Assembly (NCBI GenBank): GCA_041742965.1
Contig: JBGTNQ010000004.1
Location: forward strand, 70,241 to 134,240
Length of the DNA: 64,000 bases
From: Minisyncoccia bacterium
GTDB lineage: Bacteria; Patescibacteriota; Minisyncoccia; Phycocordibacterales; Zambryskibacteraceae
Reading direction: 5' to 3'
Below, piece by piece: positions 18,621 through 27,646 of this stretch. The number at the start of each line of letters is the position of its first letter. Positions within the stretch are counted from its first letter, which is position 1. A model generated the notes under the pieces. That model saw nothing but the letters and a program-made list of their open reading frames with translations. It was not told where the DNA came from and ran no database searches. A program made the translations under genes and the position numbers.

Positions 18621-21059
18621 ATGCTTCGAGGATTTTTACAAAAAAAGAAGTTTGTGTTTGTCGGACTTGGGGTATTGATATTACTTCTAACTTTCTTTTT
18701 TATTGCGCCAGATAAAGCAAGAGCTGGGGAAGTAAGTGGTTCTTGCACTGGAGTGGTTGGCAACGACGGTGCCTGCTATCCGTTAGGAAGTCCAATAAAC
18801 TCATCGAATTGCGAATCTGCCTTTGGTGGTTCTTGGAATGACAGAAATAGTGTTTGTAGAATTAGCGGTATGGTTGTCACGGTGGTTGAGGCGGGACAAC
18901 TAGGTTCTGACAGTCGAAGTGGAGTTGGGGTCACACCTGTTCAAGATCCTGGTGTATGTGGTATTCCAGTGTTTGGCAAGGTTATGTGTGGGATTGCGGC
19001 TTCACTCCTAATGCTACCACTTGGCTTTGCTTCTTTTCTCCTATTTGTCGCCGGCTCACTTCTTGATTTTGTTCTTCAATATACGGTCGTCTCTATGTCA
19101 AAAAATATCGGCTCAGTTTCGGGTATTAATATTGCCTGGGCTGTTATTCGTGACCTTGTAAATATATCCTTTATATTTATTCTCCTTTATTCTGCAATAA
19201 ATCTGATAATAGGTAGGGGCGGGGATATGAAAAGGGTGATTGTTGGAGTGGTGATGGCGGCGATACTTGTAAACTTCAGTTTGTTTTTTGCGAAAGTAAT
19301 CATAGACGCGTCCAACACAGTAGCGCTAACCTTTTATAACACAACCATACAAAGCTGTGACCCCGGTGGTAAAGCGAGACTTTCTGCCTGTTTTTCAAAC
19401 CCTCTTGGTGTATCAACTATTTTTAGCCCTACTGATAATCAACAATTTTTACAAGATATAGACTACAACTTCTTGAAGGTTATTGTTATATCGCTCGGCG
19501 GTTCAATATTTCTTCTAATCACTACATTTGTCTTCTTGGCAATAGCGGTAATGTTCATAATCCGTTTTATAACTATTATTTTTCTATTAATACTTTCGCC
19601 AATAATGGTGATGGGTAGCATAATTCCAAAGCTCTCCGAACATACGAACAAATGGTGGAAAGATATGACAGAACAGGCAATATTCGCTCCAATATTTATG
19701 GTGATGATATGGGTTGTTCTGTCTATATTAAATAGCCCTGGATTTATCACTAATAACCTGTCTCTCGTTGCTGGAGACCAACGCCTCTCTGCTCTATACG
19801 AGGGTGATTTTCCTGGATCACAGGCCTTACTCTTAAATTTTGTGGTTGCTATAGCGCTGATTATAGGTACACTCACAATTTCAAAAAGTTTTTCTTCAAA
19901 AGGTGGAGCTATGGGTGGAAAATTTGCTGGAGCTGTACTGGGTGGAGGGCTTGGACTAGCAGGAAGAAAGACTCTTGGAAGTTTTAGTCGTAAAGTTGCC
20001 GATAGTGAAACCTTGAAAGCGCAGGCAGCAAATGAGGGTGGAAAATATTCTAGACTCCAACAGATGAAAGCAAAAGCCTATTTGAAAACAGCTCAAGGTG
20101 GCGCAAAGTCTAGCTTTGATCTTCGGGGGGCAAATACCGGCTTAAGCAAAACACTCGGAGCAGGTTCTGCCACTGGTAAAGGAGGTTATGATGAAGCGGT
20201 CAAAAAGAAAACTGAAGCGTACAAAAAATTTGGAGAATCTTTAAAACCTTCTGATATCATTGTAGAAGACGCTGAACGAGAACTAAAGGCAGCAGAGAGT
20301 AGCGGTGATCCAGTAAGAATAGCTAAAGCCAAAGCAAAACTGTCAAATCTCAAAGGAAACAAAAAGGATGTTGACGCAGAAATAGCGAGACTAGAGGAGG
20401 AGAGGAAAACTGTATCTAATTCCAGAAAAGCAGCGACTAGCGAGGCAACGGCACTCAAGGAAGCCGAAACAAAGCTAGAGTCAGCAAAAAATGCCGAAAG
20501 GTCAGCTGAAGACACTTACAGAAGACTCGAAATTGAAGCTGACACCGCGGTTGGTACCGCTCGTATTGAAAAAATTAGGCAAGTTGTTTTGGCTAAAAAC
20601 AACTTGGACGCAGCAAAATTAGAAACTGGGGACGCCAGAAGAGCCCTTGAATCAGCGAAAGAGGTTCATAACGCAGTGAGTGCTAATATTGATAATGAGA
20701 CAACAAGAACTTACGATGGAATGAAAAGGGCGGCCAGAGACGCAGAAATTAAAAGTGCTGGAGAAAAAAGAAAGGCCGGTTATGCTGATGCTATTACGAA
20801 CCCCGGCTCATCCTTAAATGTATTGGGATATGACCTTGGTGTTGGGGTAAACAGGGTCGGTTTTGTTGGACCAATCTCAAGAGAGAGGAGGCAAGCAGCG
20901 ATTGAACTTAGAAAAACAGAAAATAAGAAAGACAAGTTAGCAAAAGCAGTTAAAGAATACACAGAAGAAGAGAGCCCAACACCGACCACAGCAGACCCTT
21001 CAACCACACAATCCGCCACCCCGCCGCCAGCAACGCCTACGCCGCCAGCAACACCATAA
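18621..21059 (+). CDS. VirB6/TrbL-like polytopic membrane protein with a C-terminal coiled-coil and Pro/Thr-rich tail
   Basis: 812 aa; Cys-rich secreted N-domain, at least 6 predicted TM helices (300-600), then about 330 aa Ala/Lys/Glu-rich coiled-coil ending PTPTTADPSTTQSATPPPATPTPPATP. Confidence 0.45.
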   Translation: MLRGFLQKKKFVFVGLGVLILLLTFFFIAPDKARAGEVSGSCTGVVGNDGACYPLGSPINSSNCESAFGGSWNDRNSVCRISGMVVTVVEAGQLGSDSRSGVGVTPVQDPGVCGIPVFGKVMCGIAASLLMLPLGFASFLLFVAGSLLDFVLQYTVVSMSKNIGSVSGINIAWAVIRDLVNISFIFILLYSAINLIIGRGGDMKRVIVGVVMAAILVNFSLFFAKVIIDASNTVALTFYNTTIQSCDPGGKARLSACFSNPLGVSTIFSPTDNQQFLQDIDYNFLKVIVISLGGSIFLLITTFVFLAIAVMFIIRFITIIFLLILSPIMVMGSIIPKLSEHTNKWWKDMTEQAIFAPIFMVMIWVVLSILNSPGFITNNLSLVAGDQRLSALYEGDFPGSQALLLNFVVAIALIIGTLTISKSFSSKGGAMGGKFAGAVLGGGLGLAGRKTLGSFSRKVADSETLKAQAANEGGKYSRLQQMKAKAYLKTAQGGAKSSFDLRGANTGLSKTLGAGSATGKGGYDEAVKKKTEAYKKFGESLKPSDIIVEDAERELKAAESSGDPVRIAKAKAKLSNLKGNKKDVDAEIARLEEERKTVSNSRKAATSEATALKEAETKLESAKNAERSAEDTYRRLEIEADTAVGTARIEKIRQVVLAKNNLDAAKLETGDARRALESAKEVHNAVSANIDNETTRTYDGMKRAARDAEIKSAGEKRKAGYADAITNPGSSLNVLGYDLGVGVNRVGFVGPISRERRQAAIELRKTENKKDKLAKAVKEYTEEESPTPTTADPSTTQSATPPPATPTPPATP

Positions 21060-21066
21060 AAATACA

Positions 21067-21621
21067 ATGGACACTAACCAAATAATAAAAGAACAGCTTT
21101 CATTGGCTCCCAAAGAGCTTAAAGCTTATATTTCTGAAGAAAAGTGGTCTCTTGCAACACAGGAAGTTGCAAGAAACATTAACTGTTCTCAGGAACAGAC
21201 TGAGGCCATACAAAACGAGGTAATAATTACTCTTCTTGGATTAGACTTAAGGACCAATATTCCTAACAACTTAAAAGAAGTAGGGTTAAATGATTTACAG
21301 ATAAGACAGATTGTCAGTGAGTTGGATGAAAAGGTTTTTAAACCTGTCATTGAATTTTTACCAACAGAAACAGAAGCGGAAAATCCGGAAAATCTTATAC
21401 CCCAAGGTGACCATTTGATTGAGGACTCAGCGGGAAACAAAGATAATGTTTTGCCACCCATTCCACAAAAAACAACGCTAGAAAAGAAAATCGGACCAAT
21501 AATGAATGGCTCACCAGAAATTGACGCTAATTGGGAAAAGAGAAAAGAAACCCTAGGAGAACACCAAGTGGTGACAGAGACATACAAGGGGAGTGACCCG
21601 TACAGAGAACCTCTTAGTTAG
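21067..21621 (+). CDS. hypothetical acidic protein (operon member)
   Basis: 184-aa ORF translationally coupled to the upstream gene. Confidence 0.4.
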   Translation: MDTNQIIKEQLSLAPKELKAYISEEKWSLATQEVARNINCSQEQTEAIQNEVIITLLGLDLRTNIPNNLKEVGLNDLQIRQIVSELDEKVFKPVIEFLPTETEAENPENLIPQGDHLIEDSAGNKDNVLPPIPQKTTLEKKIGPIMNGSPEIDANWEKRKETLGEHQVVTETYKGSDPYREPLS

Positions 21622-21633
21622 TTTTAAGTTTAG

Positions 21634-22037
21634 AGTTTTAAGTTTTTAGTAAATGCAAGAACAAAGATCAAAATCTTACAAAGATTTGGTGGTTTGGAAA
21701 AAATCTTGTGATTTGGTTATTTTGATTTATAAACTATGTTCTAATTTCCCGAAAGAAGAGTTGTACGGCATTACATCTCAAATAAAAAGATCAGCGATTT
21801 CTATTCCATCCAATATTGCAGAAGGGAGTAGGCGAGGAACCAAAAAAGATTTTCATCACTTTTTGAACATCTCACTCGGATCTGCCGCTGAATTGGAGAC
21901 TCAGATTGAAATATCTAAAAAATTATCATTTGGAGAAAAAAGAGACTATAATGAAACGGAATCAATATTATTAGAGGTGACAAAAATGCTGTATAAACTG
22001 TCATCAACTCTAAACTGACTACTAAAAACTTAAAACT
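21634..22037. mobile_element. four-helix-bundle gene cassette bounded by a 17-bp perfect inverted repeat AGTTTTAAGTTTTTAGT (21634-21650) / ACTAAAAACTTAAAACT (22021-22037)
   Basis: IRs are exact reverse complements; adjacent tandem AGTTTTAAGTTT(A) units extend the stem imperfectly to about 30 bp. Confidence 0.55.
21653..22018 (+). CDS. four-helix-bundle protein (23S rRNA intervening-sequence protein family)
   Basis: 121 aa; YKDLVVWKKS...FPKEELYGITSQIKRSAISIPSNIAEGS...FLNISLGSAAELETQ matches the TIGR02436-type family. Confidence 0.7.
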   Translation: MQEQRSKSYKDLVVWKKSCDLVILIYKLCSNFPKEELYGITSQIKRSAISIPSNIAEGSRRGTKKDFHHFLNISLGSAAELETQIEISKKLSFGEKRDYNETESILLEVTKMLYKLSSTLN

Positions 22038-22041
22038 AATT

Positions 22042-22476
22042 ATGCGCTTTCAAGTACCACAATTCATAGAAGTAGAGGACAAAATATTCGGACCGCTAAC
22101 ATTTAAGCAGTTCATATACCTTGCCGGAGCAGGCGGTATAGCGGTGGCGGCGTTTAGTTTTTTACCAAAATTTTTCGCACTTCTCATAAGCGCCCCCGTA
22201 GTTATACTCGGGCTAGCTTTGGCTTTTTATAAGATAAACAACAGGCCTTTTATATTTATGGTTGAATCTTTTTTCAAATATTTCAGCAAGGAAAGATTAT
22301 ATATTTGGAAAAAGGCAGACAAAAAACCAATAAGAACAAAAGACGGGGACACAGCTAACCCAATGGTCTATATTCCAAAACTTTCTAACAGCAAACTAAA
22401 AGATTTGTCTTGGGAACTTGGAGTAAAAAAGACAGGACTTCAGGAAGAAGAAAAGGTTGGAGAAGAAAAGGAATAG
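22042..22476 (+). CDS. PrgI-family (VirB3-like) T4SS membrane protein
   Basis: 144 aa; MRFQVPQFIEVEDKIFGPLTFKQFIYLAGAGG N-terminus followed by two TM helices as in PrgI. Confidence 0.55.
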   Translation: MRFQVPQFIEVEDKIFGPLTFKQFIYLAGAGGIAVAAFSFLPKFFALLISAPVVILGLALAFYKINNRPFIFMVESFFKYFSKERLYIWKKADKKPIRTKDGDTANPMVYIPKLSNSKLKDLSWELGVKKTGLQEEEKVGEEKE

Positions 22477-22579
22477 GGAATGAGGAATAGGAAAAAATAA
22501 TCGATAAAATATTACTGTTTTCCACTTTTCTAAATAAATTTCATTATTCCTTATTCATTATTCGGTGTAGAATATAACC

Positions 22580-23218
22580 ATGGCTATAAAAGCGAGGGCT
22601 ACACAGGAGTTTGTACCAATCCAAGAAGTTCGTGACGGTGTCGTAGTGATGAAAGATGGCAGTATGCGAGCCATTATCATAGCTTCGTCCCTTAACTTTT
22701 CTCTAAAATCAGAGGATGAAAAAACCGCTGTTCTTCTACAGTTTCAGGATTTTCTAAATTCTTTAGATTTTCCGATACAGATTTTTGTTGAATCCAGACG
22801 ACTAGACATTAGACCTTATCTGGCACTACTTGAAGAACAGAAAAAAATACAGACGAATGACCTCATGAAAATACAGGTTGAGGAGTATATAGGTTTTGTT
22901 AGAACCTTTACTGAAAATAACAATATAATGACAAAAAGTTTCTTTGTGGTTATACCTTACTCACCAGCAATGCTTCAGGGGAAAACGGGGTCATTGAGTA
23001 GTCTGTTAGGAAAGAAAAATACTTCTAATGAGAGAGAATCTGTGGGCCTTCTCTTTGAAGAAAATCGAACTCAGTTAGAGCAAAGATTGTCTGTAGTAGA
23101 ACAAGGTCTCATGAGGTGTGGAGTTCGTGTCCAGAGATTAGGAAACGATGAAGTTATTGAGCTTTTCTATAAATTATTTAATCCGGGAGAAACAGAAAGA
23201 CCGATTGTTCAGGAGTAA
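22580..23218 (+). CDS. VirB4/TrsE-like N-terminal domain protein (encoded as a separate gene)
   Basis: 212 aa; QEFVPIQEVRDGVVVMKDGSMRAIIIASSLNFSLKSEDEK resembles the VirB4 N-domain. Confidence 0.5.
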   Translation: MAIKARATQEFVPIQEVRDGVVVMKDGSMRAIIIASSLNFSLKSEDEKTAVLLQFQDFLNSLDFPIQIFVESRRLDIRPYLALLEEQKKIQTNDLMKIQVEEYIGFVRTFTENNNIMTKSFFVVIPYSPAMLQGKTGSLSSLLGKKNTSNERESVGLLFEENRTQLEQRLSVVEQGLMRCGVRVQRLGNDEVIELFYKLFNPGETERPIVQE

Positions 23219-23228
23219 TTTCACAAAA

Positions 23229-25049
23229 ATGTCTATCTTTAATTTTTTAAAAGGGAAAAAAGGGGTGGCCGAAGAGGCGCAGGGAGTTTCTATCCTTCCC
23301 CATGAAATATACGAAGCGAATACCTTAGATTTAAAGGATATTATTGCCCCCAGTGCCCTAAAAGTTAGCCCGAAAGACCTAAATCTCGGAGAAAAAATAG
23401 TCAGAAGCTTTTTTGTCATTTCTTATCCAAGGTTTTTGGCAGAAAGCTGGTTTGCCCCAATCATAAACTTAGATAGAGTTTTTGATATTTCCATCTTTGT
23501 CCATCCGGTTGAAACTTCTCGCGTCTTAAAACAATTCCAAAAGAAAGTAGCTGAAGTTCAAAGTCAAATACACGAAAGAGAAGCCAAGGGGTTGGTAAGA
23601 GATCCAATGCTTGATGTTGCATATCAAGACCTTGAAAATCTCCGAGACAACCTACAGCAGGCTCAAGAAAAGCTATTTGATGTTGGTCTATATATATCTA
23701 TATACGCTGACAGTGTAGGAGAACTAGATAAAATAGAGTCAGAGATAAAATCTATTCTTGAATCAAAACTTGTATATATAAAGCCGGCCCTTTTCCAACA
23801 AGAAGAAGGCTTCAGAAGTATAGTGCCTCTAGGAACAGATTTGCTAGAAGTTCACTCAAAACTGAATTCTTCTCCGCTATCAAGTTTGTTCCCATTTATC
23901 TCTTTTGACCTAACCCAAGAAAAGGGAATCCTCTATGGTATCAACAGACACAACTCAAGCCTTGTGCTCTTTGACCGCTTTTCACTTGAAAACTACAACT
24001 CCATAACCTTTGCAAAATCTGGGTCTGGGAAATCATATGCCACAAAATTAGAGATACTGAGAACCCTTATGTTTGATACTGACGTTATGGTTATTGACCC
24101 AGAACAAGAGTATGAATATATGTCTGAGGCGGTGGGAGGAAGGTCTCTGAAAATTTCTCTAAATTCTGAGCATCACATAAACCCGTTTGAACTTCCAATT
24201 CCCGGAGAAGATGAATCTGCTGCCAATGTGCTTCGTTCAAATATCATAAACCTCGTTGGTCTATTTAGATTAATGTTGGGAGGACTTACATCCGAAGAAG
24301 ACGCCATCATAGACAGGGCAATCACCGAGACATATGCCCTGAAAGACATCACCGCTGAATCAGATTTTAAAAATATCGAGCCCCCACTGCTTTCTGACTT
24401 TGAGCTTGTTCTCTCTGGACTTGAGGGAGGAGAATCCTTGGCTCAGAGACTAACAAAATACACCAGAGGCACTTGGGCAGGGTTCATAAACAGGCCTACA
24501 AATATAGACATAAATAAAAAATTTGTAGTCTTCTCTTTGCGTGATATGGAGGATGAACTCAAGCCGATTGCCATGTATATTGTCACGCACTATATATGGA
24601 GTGCCATAAGAAAAGAGAAGAAGAAAAGACTTTTGGTCATAGATGAAGCTTGGTGGATGATGAAGTCTGAAGACACGGCTTCTTTCCTGCTAAACCTCGC
24701 TAAGCGAGGTAGGAAATATGGTCTAGGACTTGCTACTATCACTCAAGATGTGGATGACTTTCTTAAGTCTCCATATGGAACACCTATTATCACGAACTCT
24801 TCGATACAAATTCTTCTAAAACAGTCCCCGACAACCATTGATAAACTTCAACAGGTCTTTAATCTGACAGACGAGGAGAAATATCTACTATTAGAATCTG
24901 GAGTGGGAGAAGGAATATTTTTTGCAGGACTCAAACATGTGGCAATCAAAATAGAAGCATCGTACACGGAAGACCAGATTATTACATCAGACCCATTTCA
25001 AATTCTGGCTATTCAGAAAGCCAAGAAAGAATTAAGTGACTCTACATAA
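23229..25049 (+). CDS. VirB4/TraE-like T4SS ATPase (C-terminal ATPase part)
   Basis: Own start MSIFNF preceded by AGGAG; Walker A AKSGSGKS, Walker B LLVIDEAWWMM; ORF track extends upstream to 23148 in this frame. Confidence 0.7.
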   Translation: MSIFNFLKGKKGVAEEAQGVSILPHEIYEANTLDLKDIIAPSALKVSPKDLNLGEKIVRSFFVISYPRFLAESWFAPIINLDRVFDISIFVHPVETSRVLKQFQKKVAEVQSQIHEREAKGLVRDPMLDVAYQDLENLRDNLQQAQEKLFDVGLYISIYADSVGELDKIESEIKSILESKLVYIKPALFQQEEGFRSIVPLGTDLLEVHSKLNSSPLSSLFPFISFDLTQEKGILYGINRHNSSLVLFDRFSLENYNSITFAKSGSGKSYATKLEILRTLMFDTDVMVIDPEQEYEYMSEAVGGRSLKISLNSEHHINPFELPIPGEDESAANVLRSNIINLVGLFRLMLGGLTSEEDAIIDRAITETYALKDITAESDFKNIEPPLLSDFELVLSGLEGGESLAQRLTKYTRGTWAGFINRPTNIDINKKFVVFSLRDMEDELKPIAMYIVTHYIWSAIRKEKKKRLLVIDEAWWMMKSEDTASFLLNLAKRGRKYGLGLATITQDVDDFLKSPYGTPIITNSSIQILLKQSPTTIDKLQQVFNLTDEEKYLLLESGVGEGIFFAGLKHVAIKIEASYTEDQIITSDPFQILAIQKAKKELSDST

Positions 25050-25055
25050 TAAATT

Positions 25056-25619
25056 ATGAGCAACCTGCTCGATTTAAAACAAAGGAAAGAAACCGAGGGG
25101 GGAAATCCTCAAAATATTAGGAGGATTGACCGCCCCCTGTCTTCGAATCAAAGGGAGTGGGTAGAGGATGAGGAAGAGATGACTCAAAAGCAAAACCTAT
25201 ACCAAAATAATTATACTGAAAATCGGAGTGGGCCCATAGAAAGCGAAACTGAGGAAGAGGGTATACCCAACACAACGCTTGGGTTAATGATTGGGACGGC
25301 CATTTTTTTTGACTTAACACAAGTTTTACTTGCATTTGTTGTTATGGACTGGCTTGTGAGCTGGTTTGCTTTTCTTACTTTCTGGCTTTGGTTCAAATTT
25401 CACAACAAAAGCTTCCTTAATCCCAAAAGATTGCCGGCAATAGGGGTGGGGGTGGTTATAGAAATGTTCCCGCTATTAGCAGCCCTTCCTGGATGGACAA
25501 TAGCTGTTATTTTGCTTGTTGGTATAGAAAGAGCGGAAAAAACAGCCAGAAAACTTTTGGGAGAAGGAACTTTGGGAAACAAGGCGATATCAAAAATCTC
25601 AAGATTTAGTAAGAAATAA
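25056..25619 (+). CDS. hypothetical membrane protein (acidic N-terminus, 3 TM helices)
   Basis: 187-aa ORF in the operon. Confidence 0.4.
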   Translation: MSNLLDLKQRKETEGGNPQNIRRIDRPLSSNQREWVEDEEEMTQKQNLYQNNYTENRSGPIESETEEEGIPNTTLGLMIGTAIFFDLTQVLLAFVVMDWLVSWFAFLTFWLWFKFHNKSFLNPKRLPAIGVGVVIEMFPLLAALPGWTIAVILLVGIERAEKTARKLLGEGTLGNKAISKISRFSKK

Positions 25620-25679
25620 GTTTGTGGAAATGTGACTTTGTCTGTTTTTTCTGAAGATAGGTGAGGTATAATAATAAAC

Positions 25680-26672
25680 ATGAGAACCTCTGTTTTTCTA
25701 ACAATACTTTCTTTTGTAATTTTTGGTTTACCGTTTTTTGCCATCGCTCAAATCTCTCCAAACGATTTGTCAAGCAATTTAACCGTTAGAATTATCCCCG
25801 AATTTCCAAAACCAAATGAATTTGTAAGTATCAGGATTAGTAGCTCATCATACAACCTAGACTCAGCATCAATAATTTGGACAGCAAATGGCCGAGAAGT
25901 GGCACGTGGCATAGGTCTAAAAGAGGCAACTTTGTTTTCTGGGGACATTGGTGAAACGACCAAACTTTTGATTTCGGTAAATCTGTTGAATGGGTCTTCA
26001 TTTGAAAGGGAAGTTGTAATCAGACCATCTTCGGTTAGCTTTGTGTGGGAAGCAAAAACATATACTCCTCCTTTTTACAAGGGGAAGTCCCTTTTCACCC
26101 CAGAATCTGAACTAGTGATTGTGGCCGTGCCAAATATGGTGGGCCCGAATGGTCCTATTAACCCAAATGATATTATTTATAAGTGGACCAGAAATAGACA
26201 GGTGTTAAATAATCAATCTGGGTATGGAAAACAAAGCCTATCCGTAATTGGTTCTTTTTGGGGAAGGGACGAGGTTGTCTCTGTAGAAGTAACCTCGCGT
26301 GAAGGTTCAATTAGCTCTAAAGGGGAACTGACCATACACCCGCAAAAACCAAAAGTATTTATATACGAAGACAGCCCCCTCTTGGGCATTCTCTTTAACA
26401 GAGCGGTTGGAATATTTAATATAAATCAGAACAATGAAGTATCATTTTTTGCCGCCCCCTTCTATTTTTCTTCTAATTCTTTGTCGGGCGGAAAAACACA
26501 ATATAACTGGAGTATGAATAGAAACCCGATTCAAGGAAATGAAAATGGAAACTCTATTACCTTCAGAGCAGAATCTGGCCAGTCTGGTACATCTCTGGTT
26601 GGAATCAAAATAGAACAAGACGGAAAAACCGACCAGCGTGGCGAAACACAGTTCTCTATAAACTTTAAATAA
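25680..26672 (+). CDS. secreted hypothetical protein
   Basis: 330 aa; signal peptide MRTSVFLTILSFVIFGLPFFAIAQ. Confidence 0.45.
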   Translation: MRTSVFLTILSFVIFGLPFFAIAQISPNDLSSNLTVRIIPEFPKPNEFVSIRISSSSYNLDSASIIWTANGREVARGIGLKEATLFSGDIGETTKLLISVNLLNGSSFEREVVIRPSSVSFVWEAKTYTPPFYKGKSLFTPESELVIVAVPNMVGPNGPINPNDIIYKWTRNRQVLNNQSGYGKQSLSVIGSFWGRDEVVSVEVTSREGSISSKGELTIHPQKPKVFIYEDSPLLGILFNRAVGIFNINQNNEVSFFAAPFYFSSNSLSGGKTQYNWSMNRNPIQGNENGNSITFRAESGQSGTSLVGIKIEQDGKTDQRGETQFSINFK

Positions 26673-27641
26673 ATGTCTTCAAAAACCTTAAAACAAAAGA
26701 GCGTGCTCGCTGTATTAGTCGGTTTCGTTTTTTGCTTTATGGTGGCGCCATCCACCCTTATGGCCGTCTATGAATACCAACCCTTAGCACCCATACCTGG
26801 AACAACGGTTGGAAACTGTGATCCGACAGTGGACCCGATGAATCCAAACTGCCGAATAGAAACGAGTTCTTATATACCAGCAATCGTAAAAATAATAATC
26901 CAAATAGCAGGAGGGTTAGCGGTCATTATGATAGTCATTGGCGGAATTCAATACATCACAACTGATGCCATACAAGGCAAAGAGGAGGGAAAAGATAAAA
27001 TACAAAAATCTGTATATGGACTACTGCTGGTCATTGCTAGTTTCATATTACTACAAACAATAAACCCGAAAACACTGGAACTAGAGCTAAGCATCACCCC
27101 AATAACGCCTATACAGATGGGGACAGGCACAAGCACAATCACTAGTGCGACAACAACTCCGACTGGCAACAATTCGCCTTGGCCCGACGACAGTGCGGAA
27201 AGAGCACAGCTTCAAGCAATAAGGGGGGTCTCCATAAACAGACCGGGAACCTGTACATTTGTGGGCGAACAATCGTGTACAAGTGTATATGGACTTGGAG
27301 CGAGGAGGCTGAATGGCATTACGGCATTATCAACTGCTTGTGGTGTTCAAAATTGCAGTATAGTCATAACCGGAGGAACGGAGTATTGGTTGCACGGAAA
27401 CAGAAGTACTTCAATACTTGCAAACAACACCTCGCACAAACCCGAAGCAAATGGAGGAAGGGCCTTGGATTTGTCAAAAAATAGTAATATTTTAAATAAT
27501 GTTATACAGAGCTTTCCTGAAATAGTGGGTGGAAGTAGTTGTGCTAATGGAAAGGCCTATCAAGGTCCTAATGGGGCTATATATGTTGATGAGGTTGGAT
27601 CGCTGGCATTTACTGGGGCACATTGGCATGTTTGCTTTTAA
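26673..27641 (+). CDS. TrbC/VirB2-like pilin domain fused to a LAS/M15-like zinc peptidase domain
   Basis: 322 aa; signal peptide, two hydrophobic helices (IIQIAGGLAVIMIVIGGIQYITT; VYGLLLVIASFILLQTI) split by a charged loop as in VirB2 pilins; C-terminal SHKPEANGGRALD and HWH motifs resemble the H..D / HxH zinc ligands of M15/LAS peptidases. Confidence 0.4.
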   Translation: MSSKTLKQKSVLAVLVGFVFCFMVAPSTLMAVYEYQPLAPIPGTTVGNCDPTVDPMNPNCRIETSSYIPAIVKIIIQIAGGLAVIMIVIGGIQYITTDAIQGKEEGKDKIQKSVYGLLLVIASFILLQTINPKTLELELSITPITPIQMGTGTSTITSATTTPTGNNSPWPDDSAERAQLQAIRGVSINRPGTCTFVGEQSCTSVYGLGARRLNGITALSTACGVQNCSIVITGGTEYWLHGNRSTSILANNTSHKPEANGGRALDLSKNSNILNNVIQSFPEIVGGSSCANGKAYQGPNGAIYVDEVGSLAFTGAHWHVCF

Positions 27642-27646
27642 ATAAA

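Noticed and set aside
19463-20515. Internal antisense ORFs (19463-19876, 20186-20515) and similar ones inside PBP1A, dnaN, polA and other genes
   Set aside because: Fully embedded antisense to well-supported long genes; low-complexity translations
21600-22045. CRISPR array suspicion from tandem AGTTTTAAGTTT units
   Set aside because: Only two to three short units arranged as an inverted pair around a protein-coding gene; no spacer-repeat periodicity or cas genes
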